NCBI GenBank assembly: GCA_016187405.1
Contig: JACPJS010000006.1
Coordinates: forward strand, 1-54,926
From: Candidatus Aenigmatarchaeota archaeon
GTDB taxonomy: Archaea; Aenigmatarchaeota; Aenigmatarchaeia; CG10238-14; SCSR01
Direction of reading: 5' to 3'
Length of the DNA stretch: 54,926 nucleotides
Made by a program: the position numbers and the translations under genes. Positions 10,055-19,086 of this stretch are shown here, piece by piece. The notes below the pieces were generated by a model. It was not told the origin of the DNA. It saw only the letters and a list, made by a program, of their open reading frames with translations, and made no database searches. Each line of letters starts with the position of its first letter. Positions within the stretch are counted from its first letter, which is position 1.

Positions 10055-11143
10055 TCATTTAATTAAAAATTTGTTCAATTGAGTTTTCGCTTTCTCTCTT
10101 TTTCTCTGATGGTCTATCAAGAATGTTTTGACTTTCACAGCAAGATATTTCTTAACCTCACCTGATGTCATCTTGCCGCTTCTGAAATCATCGAAAATCT
10201 TTTTTATCTTCTTGTCATCCTCTTCAAACATGTAATACAGATACTGGCATGCGACATCGATATCAGGATTACCGCCTTTCTTTCTGTGCTCTTCCAATGT
10301 CTGTCCACCGCCAGAGAATGCACGCATTATTTTTTGTTCAGCGACCTTAGGATCCTCTGTAAGAAATATACAAGTCTCAGGTTTACTACCCGACATCTTT
10401 CCACCAAGCAATCCTGGCATGAACGTATGATATGTTGATGACGGTTTTACAAAATTCAATTTCTCAGCAATATCCCTTACCAATCTCATATACGGGTCTT
10501 GATCAATTCCAATATTGACAATAGTAGGTTTTGGCCCGCCGAATTCTTCTGTCTGTGGGAAAAGTATATGCGCCGACTGCATTATAGCATAAAATATCTG
10601 TCCTGGATTTGTATCGTTATTGAATCCGAATATTGCCTTGACTGATGAGAATGTCGTCTTTGCAGAAACCTTTACAGCAAGTTCGTATAACTTTGGTGTT
10701 TGTGTCGAAATGAAAATCTTCGTTTTCTTTGGATCGAATCCGAGTGCGATTATAGTTGGTATTACATATTCGTATGCATTTTTTGTTGCTTTTTCCAACG
10801 AATCGGATTTCTTGAAGACATAAGTCTCGTCGTTTGAAATCGGAATGTAAACATCAGCACCTAATTTCTGTAAAAATAACGCTTCTTTCAATATCATCAG
10901 ATTTCCTAAATGCAACGGACCGGACGGATTGAATCCCGTTAGAACAGCAAACGGTTTCTTGTTCTTGATTGCATCAAGAATCAAACCGAAATCCCTGTGA
11001 CCAAAAACAATACCCCTTCGATAAAGAGTGTCCAGACCTTTCATTTGCTTCAGATATTTGTCAATCTTTTCTATACCGAATTCTTTCATAGATTCTTCGT
11101 AGTTTATCTCTCCTTCAACCTTGTCAACTGTAATCGTGGCCAT
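10055..11143 (-). CDS. trpS: Tryptophanyl-tRNA synthetase (archaeal/eukaryotic type)
   Basis: Class I motifs PSGPLHLGN (HIGH-like) and KMSGSKP (KMSKS-like). TrpRS-like context: INYEESMKEFG, HRDF, EEHRKKGGNPDIDVACQYL. Confidence 0.8.
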   Translation of the reverse strand: MATITVDKVEGEINYEESMKEFGIEKIDKYLKQMKGLDTLYRRGIVFGHRDFGLILDAIKNKKPFAVLTGFNPSGPLHLGNLMILKEALFLQKLGADVYIPISNDETYVFKKSDSLEKATKNAYEYVIPTIIALGFDPKKTKIFISTQTPKLYELAVKVSAKTTFSSVKAIFGFNNDTNPGQIFYAIMQSAHILFPQTEEFGGPKPTIVNIGIDQDPYMRLVRDIAEKLNFVKPSSTYHTFMPGLLGGKMSGSKPETCIFLTEDPKVAEQKIMRAFSGGGQTLEEHRKKGGNPDIDVACQYLYYMFEEDDKKIKKIFDDFRSGKMTSGEVKKYLAVKVKTFLIDHQRKREKAKTQLNKFLIK

Positions 11144-11144
11144 A

Positions 11145-11876
11145 TTACCTACCTTTAAAATTTGTATTTTTGCTTATATCAGTTAATCTGTCGAAAGTCG
11201 CAGAAGCTAAAATCTGCATGGTATCTACCAAATCTTCATTTTTCAGAACCAATTGTAAGTCTGTACAAACTAACAGAATGTGTTCTGACCCATTTGATTT
11301 CAAGTCATACATTATCTTTTGAAGAACAGTCTTGTCATTTTCAGTGAATGTATTTTCCAATATTTTGACAATTATAGCAGATAATAATTTTTGGTTATTC
11401 TCGGCTGGTAGAATAACATGAATACCATTTTTTTCCAATGGAATCTGGTACAACTTACTTTCTATGGTTTTTTGTGTTCCCAACAACCCGATCTTTTTGA
11501 TGCTATTTGATTGAATAAAATTCAGTGTCTCTTCTAAAATGCTAATTATAGGAACTTTGGAAAATTTTCTCAATTCCTCGATGAAAATATGAACTGTATT
11601 ACACGGAATTACTATAAAGTCCACATCAAGTTTGTTAAGCCTTTCAATACTTTCCTTAAGAAAAGGTAGCAATTTTATCTCGTTAACAGATTTTTCTATT
11701 ATATCTCGTTCAAGATAAAATGGAAATGGGACATTATCGATGATTATTGAAGGATACGAGTCAAAATTTTGTCTGGATTTTCGAATCAAGTCTAAATAAA
11801 ACTCAGTTGTGGTCTCTGGACCTAGTCCACCCACTATTCCTACTCTCTGTATTTTCCGATGACCAAAGATGTTCAC
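11145..11876 (-). CDS. Aspartate/glutamate racemase-family protein (aspartate racemase-like)
   Basis: GIVGGLGPETT N-terminus and two catalytic-Cys motifs, VIPCNTVH and LLVCTDL. Confidence 0.75.
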   Translation of the reverse strand: MNIFGHRKIQRVGIVGGLGPETTTEFYLDLIRKSRQNFDSYPSIIIDNVPFPFYLERDIIEKSVNEIKLLPFLKESIERLNKLDVDFIVIPCNTVHIFIEELRKFSKVPIISILEETLNFIQSNSIKKIGLLGTQKTIESKLYQIPLEKNGIHVILPAENNQKLLSAIIVKILENTFTENDKTVLQKIMYDLKSNGSEHILLVCTDLQLVLKNEDLVDTMQILASATFDRLTDISKNTNFKGR

Positions 11877-11950
11877 CTGTCATTTTCCTCAAATATAATA
11901 GAATCGTTAAACTTTAAAAACGTTAAATAGTAATTTCAGTAAGTGATTTG

Positions 11951-12361
11951 ATGGCAAATTTCAAAATTACACTTTCAGAACCTGAGACTAGGAAATCGTA
12001 TCAGATAGAGTTGGATCAGGACAAGGGTATTTCTCTTGTTGGAAAGAAGATCGGAGACGAGTTCTCTGGGGACATGATGGGATTGTCAGGATATTCATTC
12101 AAGATAACAGGCGGTACGGACAAGGACGGATTCCCGATGCATCATGATGTTTCAGGTTCAGTTAAGAAGAAAATCATATTGAGCCAAGCTCCAGCATATC
12201 ATCCATTAAAAAGAGGTAACCAGAAGAGAAAAACAATCCGTGGAAATACAATCTCACAGGATATAACACAGATTAATGCAAAGGTGACTAAGAAAGGTTC
12301 TGCTTCGCTTGAAGAGATGTACGGTAAGAAGGAAGCAAGGGAAGAATCTCCTAAAGAATAA
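11951..12361 (+). CDS. rps6e: 30S ribosomal protein S6e
   Basis: MANFKITLSEPETRKSYQIEL...FKITGGTDKDGFPM. ATG at 11951 (the track start at 11948 is TTG). Confidence 0.9.
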   Translation: MANFKITLSEPETRKSYQIELDQDKGISLVGKKIGDEFSGDMMGLSGYSFKITGGTDKDGFPMHHDVSGSVKKKIILSQAPAYHPLKRGNQKRKTIRGNTISQDITQINAKVTKKGSASLEEMYGKKEAREESPKE

Positions 12362-12386
12362 ACGCTTTTACTGACTATAATTTAAC

Positions 12387-13634
12387 ATGAAGGAGGGGAA
12401 CGCGGTAAAACAGAATGAAATTGATTCAAGACTCATACCACAAGTGAATATAGGTATGGTAGGCCATGTATCCCACGGAAAGACTACATTGACAAAAGCA
12501 CTGACAGGAAAATTGACTCTCACTCATTCTGAAGAATTGAAACGTGGAATAACAATCAGACTCGGTTATGCGGATTCTACTATATACAAATGCACGAAAT
12601 GTAAAAGACTCGGTCCAAACAAGAAATGCATTTACTGTTTTTCAGATGCAGAACCAGAAAGGACGATAAGTTTCATTGATGCACCAGGCCACGAGACTTT
12701 GATGGCTACTGTTCTAACGGGAGCAGGATTGATGGACGGAGCAATATTGTTGATAGCTGCAAATGAAAAATGTCCTCAGCCACAGACACGTGAGCATCTC
12801 ACTGCACTTGAAGTTGTGGGGATAAAGAATGTGATAATTGTTCAGAGCAAGATTGATTTGGTAACTAAAGAACAGGCGCTTGAAAATTACAAACAAATAA
12901 AAGAATTCATCAAAGGAAGTCCTATAGAAGACGCGCCGATAATTCCTGTATCAGCTCAATACAATATCAACATTGATGTACTTTTTGACACGATAGAAAA
13001 AATAATTCCTACGTCAAAGAGAAATCTCGATGCAGATCCTTTGATGTATGTCGCAAGAAGCTTCAATCTAAACAAACCAGGATCGAAACCAAAAGATTTG
13101 TCAGGTGGTGTATTAGGAGGCTCTGTTATTCAAGGAACATTCAGAGAAGGAGATGAAATAGAAATCAGACCGGGAGTGCTCATCAAAAATAATTATCAAC
13201 CACTGAAGACTACAATTCATGGTTTGAGAAAAGGAGAGATGAATCTAAAAGAAGCAGGTGCCGGAGGATTGTTGGGATTGCTTACAAACCTAGATCCCTC
13301 ACTGACAAAATCAGACGGTCTTGTCGGAAATGTGGTAGGTCTTCCTGGAAAATTACCACAATCAGTCAATTCATTGAGAATGGAATTGCATTTGTTGGAA
13401 AGGGTTGTAGGCGCCAAAGAGATACTATCGATGGAACCTTTGAAAATCAATGAAACGCTTTTGGTCAACATCGGGACAAGCAGATCAGTTGGAAATGTAT
13501 CTTTGATAAAGAAGAATGTAATCGAACTGAAACTGAAACTCCCGATATGCATTAGCAAGAACGATAGGGTTGTTATATCGAGACAAGTCCAGGGAAGATG
13601 GAGATTAGTAGGATACGGAATTTTGAAAACTTAG
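12387..13634 (+). CDS. eif2g: Translation initiation factor 2 gamma subunit
   Basis: G1 motif GHVSHGKTT, zinc-knuckle CxxC...CxxC, DAPGHE, 415 aa, directly after rps6e. Confidence 0.95.
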   Translation: MKEGNAVKQNEIDSRLIPQVNIGMVGHVSHGKTTLTKALTGKLTLTHSEELKRGITIRLGYADSTIYKCTKCKRLGPNKKCIYCFSDAEPERTISFIDAPGHETLMATVLTGAGLMDGAILLIAANEKCPQPQTREHLTALEVVGIKNVIIVQSKIDLVTKEQALENYKQIKEFIKGSPIEDAPIIPVSAQYNINIDVLFDTIEKIIPTSKRNLDADPLMYVARSFNLNKPGSKPKDLSGGVLGGSVIQGTFREGDEIEIRPGVLIKNNYQPLKTTIHGLRKGEMNLKEAGAGGLLGLLTNLDPSLTKSDGLVGNVVGLPGKLPQSVNSLRMELHLLERVVGAKEILSMEPLKINETLLVNIGTSRSVGNVSLIKKNVIELKLKLPICISKNDRVVISRQVQGRWRLVGYGILKT

Positions 13635-14002
13635 GCGCAAGAAGCCCTTATCTCTATTGCATTAGCAGAACCTACAAGTCTGTAACTGTGTGCTCTTCCC
13701 GTTGTGCATCCTGTTGATGTGTATATGGCTGAAGAACCAGATGGTATATCAGTAGGAGTGAAATCTGTTTGGCATGCTTCGTCTACACTTATTCTGATCT
13801 GTTCTGTCGCTTTTAACGTATCAGGACCTTCGTTCTTTACAGTTGCAGTCAATGAACCACCTGAACAAAATGAATCAATCAAACTGATGAACCGTTCTTT
13901 GCTTAAAACGGCGTTGTTAACAAAAACATATGCAGCACCTGCAAGTGCAATTGTAATCATGAGCATCAGAATCGTAGCGATTATCGTAGAGATACCTTTC
14001 AT
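13631..14002 (-). CDS. Archaeal type IV pilin-like protein (class III signal peptide), paralog A1
   Basis: N-terminus MKGISTIIATILMLMITIALAG (KG-IS cleavage-type motif plus hydrophobic helix). Four Cys at residues 46, 77, 99, 122. Confidence 0.75.
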   Translation of the reverse strand: MKGISTIIATILMLMITIALAGAAYVFVNNAVLSKERFISLIDSFCSGGSLTATVKNEGPDTLKATEQIRISVDEACQTDFTPTDIPSGSSAIYTSTGCTTGRAHSYRLVGSANAIEIRASCA

Positions 14003-14047
14003 AACAACCTTTAAACTTATTTAGGAAACTCTATTTAAATTCTTTCT

Positions 14048-14416
14048 CTATGCGCATCTGAAACTTATCGGCACTGAATTAGAAGGTCCAATTAGCCTAT
14101 AACTATGTGTTGTTGCCCCAGTGCATCCTGTGAATGTATAAACAGTATTGGTATTAGGGCCGATATCAACGAGAGCAGGCGGTGTACAAGGTGCACTGAC
14201 AGGAATTAGAGTTTGTTCACTTACTTTTATCGTATCCTGACCGTCATTTCTTATGACAATTGTTCCAGTTGGTGTACTGCAGAATGCATCAACTAACGAA
14301 ATACCTCTTGTCTTTTGTTGAAATATTCCGAAAATGAAAACATAAGCAGAACCAACCAATGCAAGCGTTATCATTAACATCAATATCGTAGCGATAATCT
14401 CGGATATACCCTTCAT
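14048..14416 (-). CDS. Archaeal type IV pilin-like protein (class III signal peptide), paralog A2
   Basis: N-terminus MKGISEIIATILMLMITLALVG. Four Cys at 46, 77, 98, 121. Shares HSYRL(V/I)G...CA C-terminus with A1. Confidence 0.75.
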   Translation of the reverse strand: MKGISEIIATILMLMITLALVGSAYVFIFGIFQQKTRGISLVDAFCSTPTGTIVIRNDGQDTIKVSEQTLIPVSAPCTPPALVDIGPNTNTVYTFTGCTGATTHSYRLIGPSNSVPISFRCA

Positions 14417-14456
14417 TTAATTAAATTCACTTCCCTTGAATATAAGTAGTGTAACC

Positions 14457-14831
14457 ATGAAAATATTGCTTGATTCAAACTTTCTGATAGACAGCGTGCG
14501 GTTCAGGGTATTTCTGGAAGAAGTAAACAGCATCGTGACAGAACCATGCACATTCGCAACACTGGACACGGTGATACAGGAACTGAGAAAAATATCGGAG
14601 CAGAAAACCAAAGTTGGTGGAGATGCCAGATTAGCACTGGTAATGTTGAACACTTACACGATCGAGATACTGAAGGCTGGTAGAAATTATTCTGATGACG
14701 CAATGCTGAATTATTCAAAGACAAAAGGAACCATCGTCGCGACTAATGATGTAAAACTGAGAAGGAAACTGAGGGCACTCGGAAAGAAAAGTATTTATTT
14801 AAAGGGTAAAAAACATTTAGCTATAGGTTAG
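14457..14831 (+). CDS. PIN-domain protein, Fcf1/Utp24-like
   Basis: MKILLDSNFLI start and VATNDVKLRRKLRALGKKSIYLKGKK C-terminus. ATG at 14457 (the track start at 14436 is TTG). Sits in the position of the conserved PIN gene next to aIF2 gamma. Confidence 0.7.
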   Translation: MKILLDSNFLIDSVRFRVFLEEVNSIVTEPCTFATLDTVIQELRKISEQKTKVGGDARLALVMLNTYTIEILKAGRNYSDDAMLNYSKTKGTIVATNDVKLRRKLRALGKKSIYLKGKKHLAIG

Positions 14832-14838
14832 ATAAAAA

Positions 14839-16803
14839 ATGGAAGTAATTTTCGGATTTGTCGCCAGTATCTTGGCATTGCTGTATGCAGCATACCTGAG
14901 TTTCAACATTCTATCAAAACCAGCCGGAAACAAGTTGATGGTCGAGATTTCTGACGGAATCAAGGACGGTGCGAATGCATATCTTATCAGACAATACAAA
15001 ACACTTGCACCTCTTGTCGTCATATTGTCAGCCATTTTCTATTTCGCTTTCAGTCCAATCACAACAATAACATTTTTACTCGGTGCGATTCTCTCAGCGC
15101 TTGCAGGATATATCGGAATGAACATTTCTGTAAGAACAAATGTAAGGACAGCAGAGCAGGCCAGACATGGATTGGCATCTGCATTGGATGTTGCATTCAA
15201 AGGTGGAACTGTAACAGGATTGGTTGTGGCAGCACTGGCATTGTTGGGTGTGACCACGATTTATTATTTCACAAATGATGTTGCAGTCACAATCGGTTTC
15301 GGTTTCGGTGCGAGCCTGATTAGTTTATTCATGAGAGTTGGTGGTGGAATTTATACAAAAGCGGCAGATGTCGGTGCTGATTTGGTCGGTAAGGTTGAAA
15401 AGGGAATCCCTGAAGACGATCCAAGAAATCCGGCAGTAATCGCAGATAACGTAGGTGACAATGTCGGTGACTGTGCAGGAATGGCTGCAGATTTGTTCGA
15501 GTCATATGCAATCACATTGATCGCAGCGATGTTACTCGGCCTTTCGATGGGAACTACACAAGTTCTATTTCCATTGATGATTGGTGCCGCTGCAATATTG
15601 GCATCAGTAATCGGAACATTTTTCGTAAGATTGGGAAATGATAGAAACATTTGGAATGCATTGTTCAAAGGAATAATCGCGACAACAATAATCGCAGGTC
15701 TGTTGTTTTTTGGAATCGCACAGTATGTTTTGCATGACATGAGAATTTTCTATGCAGCAGTAATAGGATTGATTACGACTGTGATAATCACAAACATCAC
15801 AGAATATTACACATCGACTGAAAAGAATCCAGTTAAGGAAGTTTCTAAAGCAGCAAGAACAGGTGCGGGAACAAATGTGATACGCGGTCTTGCATTGGGA
15901 TTGGAAAGTACATTCCCTACAGCGATATTGATTGTAGTTGCGATATTTGCATCATATTACATCTATGGTGTTTATGGAATCTCGATCGCAGCATTGGGAA
16001 TGTTGTCTGTAACAGGAATAATTGTTGCAGTCGATGCATTCGGTCCGATTACAGACAATGCAGGTGGAATTGCAGAAATGGCAAAATTACCAAAATCAGT
16101 CCGCGAACATACAGATGCACTCGATGCAGTTGGTAACACAACAAAGGCTGTTACAAAAGGATTTGCAATCGGCAGCGCAGCATTGGCGGCATTATCATTA
16201 TTCGCGGCATATGCAGAAGCAACACACTTGACATCGATTGATATATTGAAGGTGAGTGTCGTAGCAGGATTGTTCCTCGGCGGTGCAGTCGCATTTTTGT
16301 TTACATCATTCTTGATGAACGCAGTCGGTAAGGCAGCATTTTCAATTGTAGAAGAAGTCCGAAGACAATTCAGGACAATGAAAGGTTTGATGAGTGGTAA
16401 ACAAAAACCAGATTATGAAAAATGTGTTGATATAACAACAGGTGCTGCATTGAATGGATTGATTCTTCCTGCAGCAGTTGCAGTATTGTCTCCATTGTTT
16501 GTTGGATTCTTTATGGGACCAGAAGCACTTGGTGGAATGTTGGCAGGTGCTATTGTAACAGGATTGTTACTTGCAATATTCATGGCTAACGCGGGCGCCG
16601 CATGGGATAACGCTAAGAAATACATAGAAAAAGGAAACTTTGGCGGAAAAGGTTCTGATGCGCACAAGGCTGCTGTAGTAGGTGACACAGTTGGCGATGT
16701 GACAAAAGATACGGCAGGTCCAAGTATCAATCCTATGATTAAAGTGATGAACATGATAGCTTTGTTGTTCGCAGCTTTGATTGTTGCACATTCATTATTA
16801 TGA
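14839..16803 (+). CDS. hppA: Membrane-bound proton-translocating pyrophosphatase, K+-independent sequence type
   Basis: 654 aa, multi-TM. Signature segments DNVGDNVGDCAGMAADLFESY, GNTTKAVTKGFAIGSAAL, DTVGD. Confidence 0.95.
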   Translation: MEVIFGFVASILALLYAAYLSFNILSKPAGNKLMVEISDGIKDGANAYLIRQYKTLAPLVVILSAIFYFAFSPITTITFLLGAILSALAGYIGMNISVRTNVRTAEQARHGLASALDVAFKGGTVTGLVVAALALLGVTTIYYFTNDVAVTIGFGFGASLISLFMRVGGGIYTKAADVGADLVGKVEKGIPEDDPRNPAVIADNVGDNVGDCAGMAADLFESYAITLIAAMLLGLSMGTTQVLFPLMIGAAAILASVIGTFFVRLGNDRNIWNALFKGIIATTIIAGLLFFGIAQYVLHDMRIFYAAVIGLITTVIITNITEYYTSTEKNPVKEVSKAARTGAGTNVIRGLALGLESTFPTAILIVVAIFASYYIYGVYGISIAALGMLSVTGIIVAVDAFGPITDNAGGIAEMAKLPKSVREHTDALDAVGNTTKAVTKGFAIGSAALAALSLFAAYAEATHLTSIDILKVSVVAGLFLGGAVAFLFTSFLMNAVGKAAFSIVEEVRRQFRTMKGLMSGKQKPDYEKCVDITTGAALNGLILPAAVAVLSPLFVGFFMGPEALGGMLAGAIVTGLLLAIFMANAGAAWDNAKKYIEKGNFGGKGSDAHKAAVVGDTVGDVTKDTAGPSINPMIKVMNMIALLFAALIVAHSLL

Positions 16804-16854
16804 GATGTTAAGTTAGCGTTACCTAAATTTAAGTATCAACTTTATACTTGTATT

Positions 16855-17802
16855 ATGACTTTCAATAAAATTCTTCTTGTTAATATCAAGGAAACAGATT
16901 TAGACAAGAAATATTGGGATAAAATAGATTCCGTATCTAAGAAAAAAGTCTTTCTCCCAAAAGACAGCCCACAAATTATACAAGAACTGAAAGATACTGA
17001 CTGTCTGTTGGTTGGTTTTGCAATTCCTGTCACAAAGGAACATATTGACAGTGCTCCGAATCTGAAATATATTGGAACTTTGGCTGTAGCATATCATAAA
17101 ATTGATATACAATACGCCAAAAAGAAAGGAATTCCTGTAACAAACATCGCAGGATATTGTACAGAAAGCGTTGCTGAATTCATAATTACAGCAATACTCA
17201 ACGAAATAAGACAGCTAGATGAAGGAAAAGAAAGATCACGAAATAAGAACTATGATTTTGTTGGAATGTCTGCTTCAGAAATAAAAGGTAAAGTATTTGG
17301 TATATTTGGATTGGGGAATATAGGGACTAGAACTGCCGAACTTGCTCAAGGGTTTGGTGCAGATGTTAGATACTGGAACAGAACTAGAAAGAAAGATTAT
17401 GAGGCGAAGGGGATAAAATATGAAGATAAAAGCGTTCTTTTAAAAAATGCTGATTTTATTTCAATAAACTTTGCACATACACCCGAAACTGATAAATTTC
17501 TAGATGAAGACGCGTTTTCCAAAATAAAATCCGGAGCAATAGTAGTGAATACTGTTCCTATGGAAACTACAGATTTGGTTGCTTTAGAGAATAGACTAAA
17601 GAAAAATGATATGATTTTTATTCTTGACCACTCTGATGAAATGAAACAAGAGGAATTGAATATTTTGCATAAATACAAAAACTGTATAATTTACCCACCT
17701 ATTGCATTTATCAGTAAAGAAGCTCGTGTGAATAAACAAAATTTGTTTGTTGAAAACATTGAGAATTTCTTAAAAGGTAAGCCAACTAATGTTGTAAACT
17801 AG
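16855..17802 (+). CDS. D-isomer-specific 2-hydroxyacid dehydrogenase family protein
   Basis: NAD-binding GIFGLGNIGTRTAELAQGFGADV. 315 aa with typical two-domain length. Confidence 0.8.
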   Translation: MTFNKILLVNIKETDLDKKYWDKIDSVSKKKVFLPKDSPQIIQELKDTDCLLVGFAIPVTKEHIDSAPNLKYIGTLAVAYHKIDIQYAKKKGIPVTNIAGYCTESVAEFIITAILNEIRQLDEGKERSRNKNYDFVGMSASEIKGKVFGIFGLGNIGTRTAELAQGFGADVRYWNRTRKKDYEAKGIKYEDKSVLLKNADFISINFAHTPETDKFLDEDAFSKIKSGAIVVNTVPMETTDLVALENRLKKNDMIFILDHSDEMKQEELNILHKYKNCIIYPPIAFISKEARVNKQNLFVENIENFLKGKPTNVVN

Positions 17803-17863
17803 TGAAGAAAGTAAGTTATTTAAATTGTACTGTTTAATTTGATTAAGTCAATTTTGTGATGAG

Positions 17864-18424
17864 ATGTATCGAATATTGAAATTAGAAGACTCAATCAGGG
17901 TGCCTCCTGAAAAGTTCAGTATGAAGTCTAGGGAAGCTGTAACTCAGGCTCTTTCAGACAAGTACGAGTGCATGCTGGATTCCAGAATAGGTGTAGTATT
18001 GGCAATTATCAGCGTAGAGCAAATCCGGGACGGAAGAATTATCCCAGAAGACCCCGGAGTGCATTATCCTGTCGTTTTTAAAGTACTTGCGTTCAAACCG
18101 GAGATGAATGAACTGGCAGTTGGTGAAGTCGTTGACAATACAGAATTCGGTGCATTTATCAGATTGGGTCCATTGGACGGATTGGTACACATCTCGCAAT
18201 TGATGGACGATTATGTCAGTTTCGACAGCAAGAATTCAGTCTTCCTTGGAAAGGAATCAAAGAGAATATTGAAAGAGAAAGACTTGGTAAGGGGAAGAGT
18301 CATTTCAATTTCTTGGGAAGAAGGAAACAAGGTAGGACTTACAATGAGACAGCCGTTGTTGGGAAGCATTTCGTGGATAAACGAAGAGAAGAAGAAACAG
18401 GCAAAAGGTATAAAAGAAAAGTGA
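17864..18424 (+). CDS. rpoE1: DNA-directed RNA polymerase subunit E' (Rpo7), S1 domain
   Basis: MYRILKLEDSIRVPPEKF start; S1-like GEVVDNTEFGAFIRLGPLDGLVHISQ. Confidence 0.85.
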   Translation: MYRILKLEDSIRVPPEKFSMKSREAVTQALSDKYECMLDSRIGVVLAIISVEQIRDGRIIPEDPGVHYPVVFKVLAFKPEMNELAVGEVVDNTEFGAFIRLGPLDGLVHISQLMDDYVSFDSKNSVFLGKESKRILKEKDLVRGRVISISWEEGNKVGLTMRQPLLGSISWINEEKKKQAKGIKEK

Positions 18425-18430
18425 TTTTTT

Positions 18431-18619
18431 ATGGCCAAGAGATTACAGGTCTGCAGAAACTGCAAACGATTTACAACTGAAAGAGTATGTCCTTCGTGCA
18501 AGTCAACAAACCTATCGACGAGCTGGAAGGGAGTTGTTGTTATAACAGATGTCGAGAGCGAGACAGCGAAAATGTTAAATATTATAGAACCTGGAAGATA
18601 TGCACTGTATGTTGGTTAA
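18431..18619 (+). CDS. spt4: Transcription elongation factor Spt4 (RpoE'')
   Basis: 62 aa. Zn ribbon CRNC...CPSC followed by WKGVVVI; directly after rpoE1. Confidence 0.85.
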   Translation: MAKRLQVCRNCKRFTTERVCPSCKSTNLSTSWKGVVVITDVESETAKMLNIIEPGRYALYVG

Positions 18620-18620
18620 A

Positions 18621-18914
18621 ATGGATTACAAAATAGAAAACGAAAGGGAAAATCCGTTCTTCAAGAGAAAGGATGTCGAGATTAGCATAAGACATCTTGG
18701 AAATGCAACACCATCAAAATTGGAGATTGTGAAAGAACTTGCAGTCAAATACAAAGTCGACGAGACACAGGTTCAAGTGAAATATGTTTCTGTTAAAAAG
18801 GGTTTGGGAGAATCCATTGCAATTTTAAAGATATTGAAAGAAAAACCAAAGGTCGAAGTAAAGGAAGAACCAAAGAGTGAAGAAAATGAAGCACCAGCAA
18901 ATACAACAGAGTAA
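18621..18914 (+). CDS. rps24e: 30S ribosomal protein S24e
   Basis: [28 protein letters not shown] at 18621, 1 nt after the spt4 stop. Confidence 0.9.
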   Translation: MDYKIENERENPFFKRKDVEISIRHLGNATPSKLEIVKELAVKYKVDETQVQVKYVSVKKGLGESIAILKILKEKPKVEVKEEPKSEENEAPANTTE

Positions 18915-19053
18915 ATATTTCAAAATCAGCGATGGCAATGTTGAGAGACTGAGAAAGTTTTGTCCTAGATGCGGTGATAGTATTCTTGCTCAGCATAAAG
19001 GAAGACAGACTTGTGGTAAATGCAGTTTGACTATAATAGAAGGGAAGCAATAA
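18886..19053 (+). CDS. rps27ae: 30S ribosomal protein S27ae (55 aa, not in the ORF track)
   Basis: Hand translation: [60 protein letters not shown]...CGKC zinc ribbon. Overlaps the rps24e 3' end by 29 nt. Confidence 0.8.
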   Translation: MKHQQIQQSKYFKISDGNVERLRKFCPRCGDSILAQHKGRQTCGKCSLTIIEGKQ

Positions 19054-19086
19054 TTGGTTTTCTATTCCTGTGAGTAATTCAATTTT

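Noticed and set aside
14457-14831. PIN-domain gene as a VapC toxin of a toxin-antitoxin pair
   Set aside because: There is no small upstream antitoxin ORF. The C-terminal VATNDVKLRRKLR...YLKGKK text and the position next to aIF2 gamma fit the conserved Fcf1-like rRNA-processing PIN protein instead.
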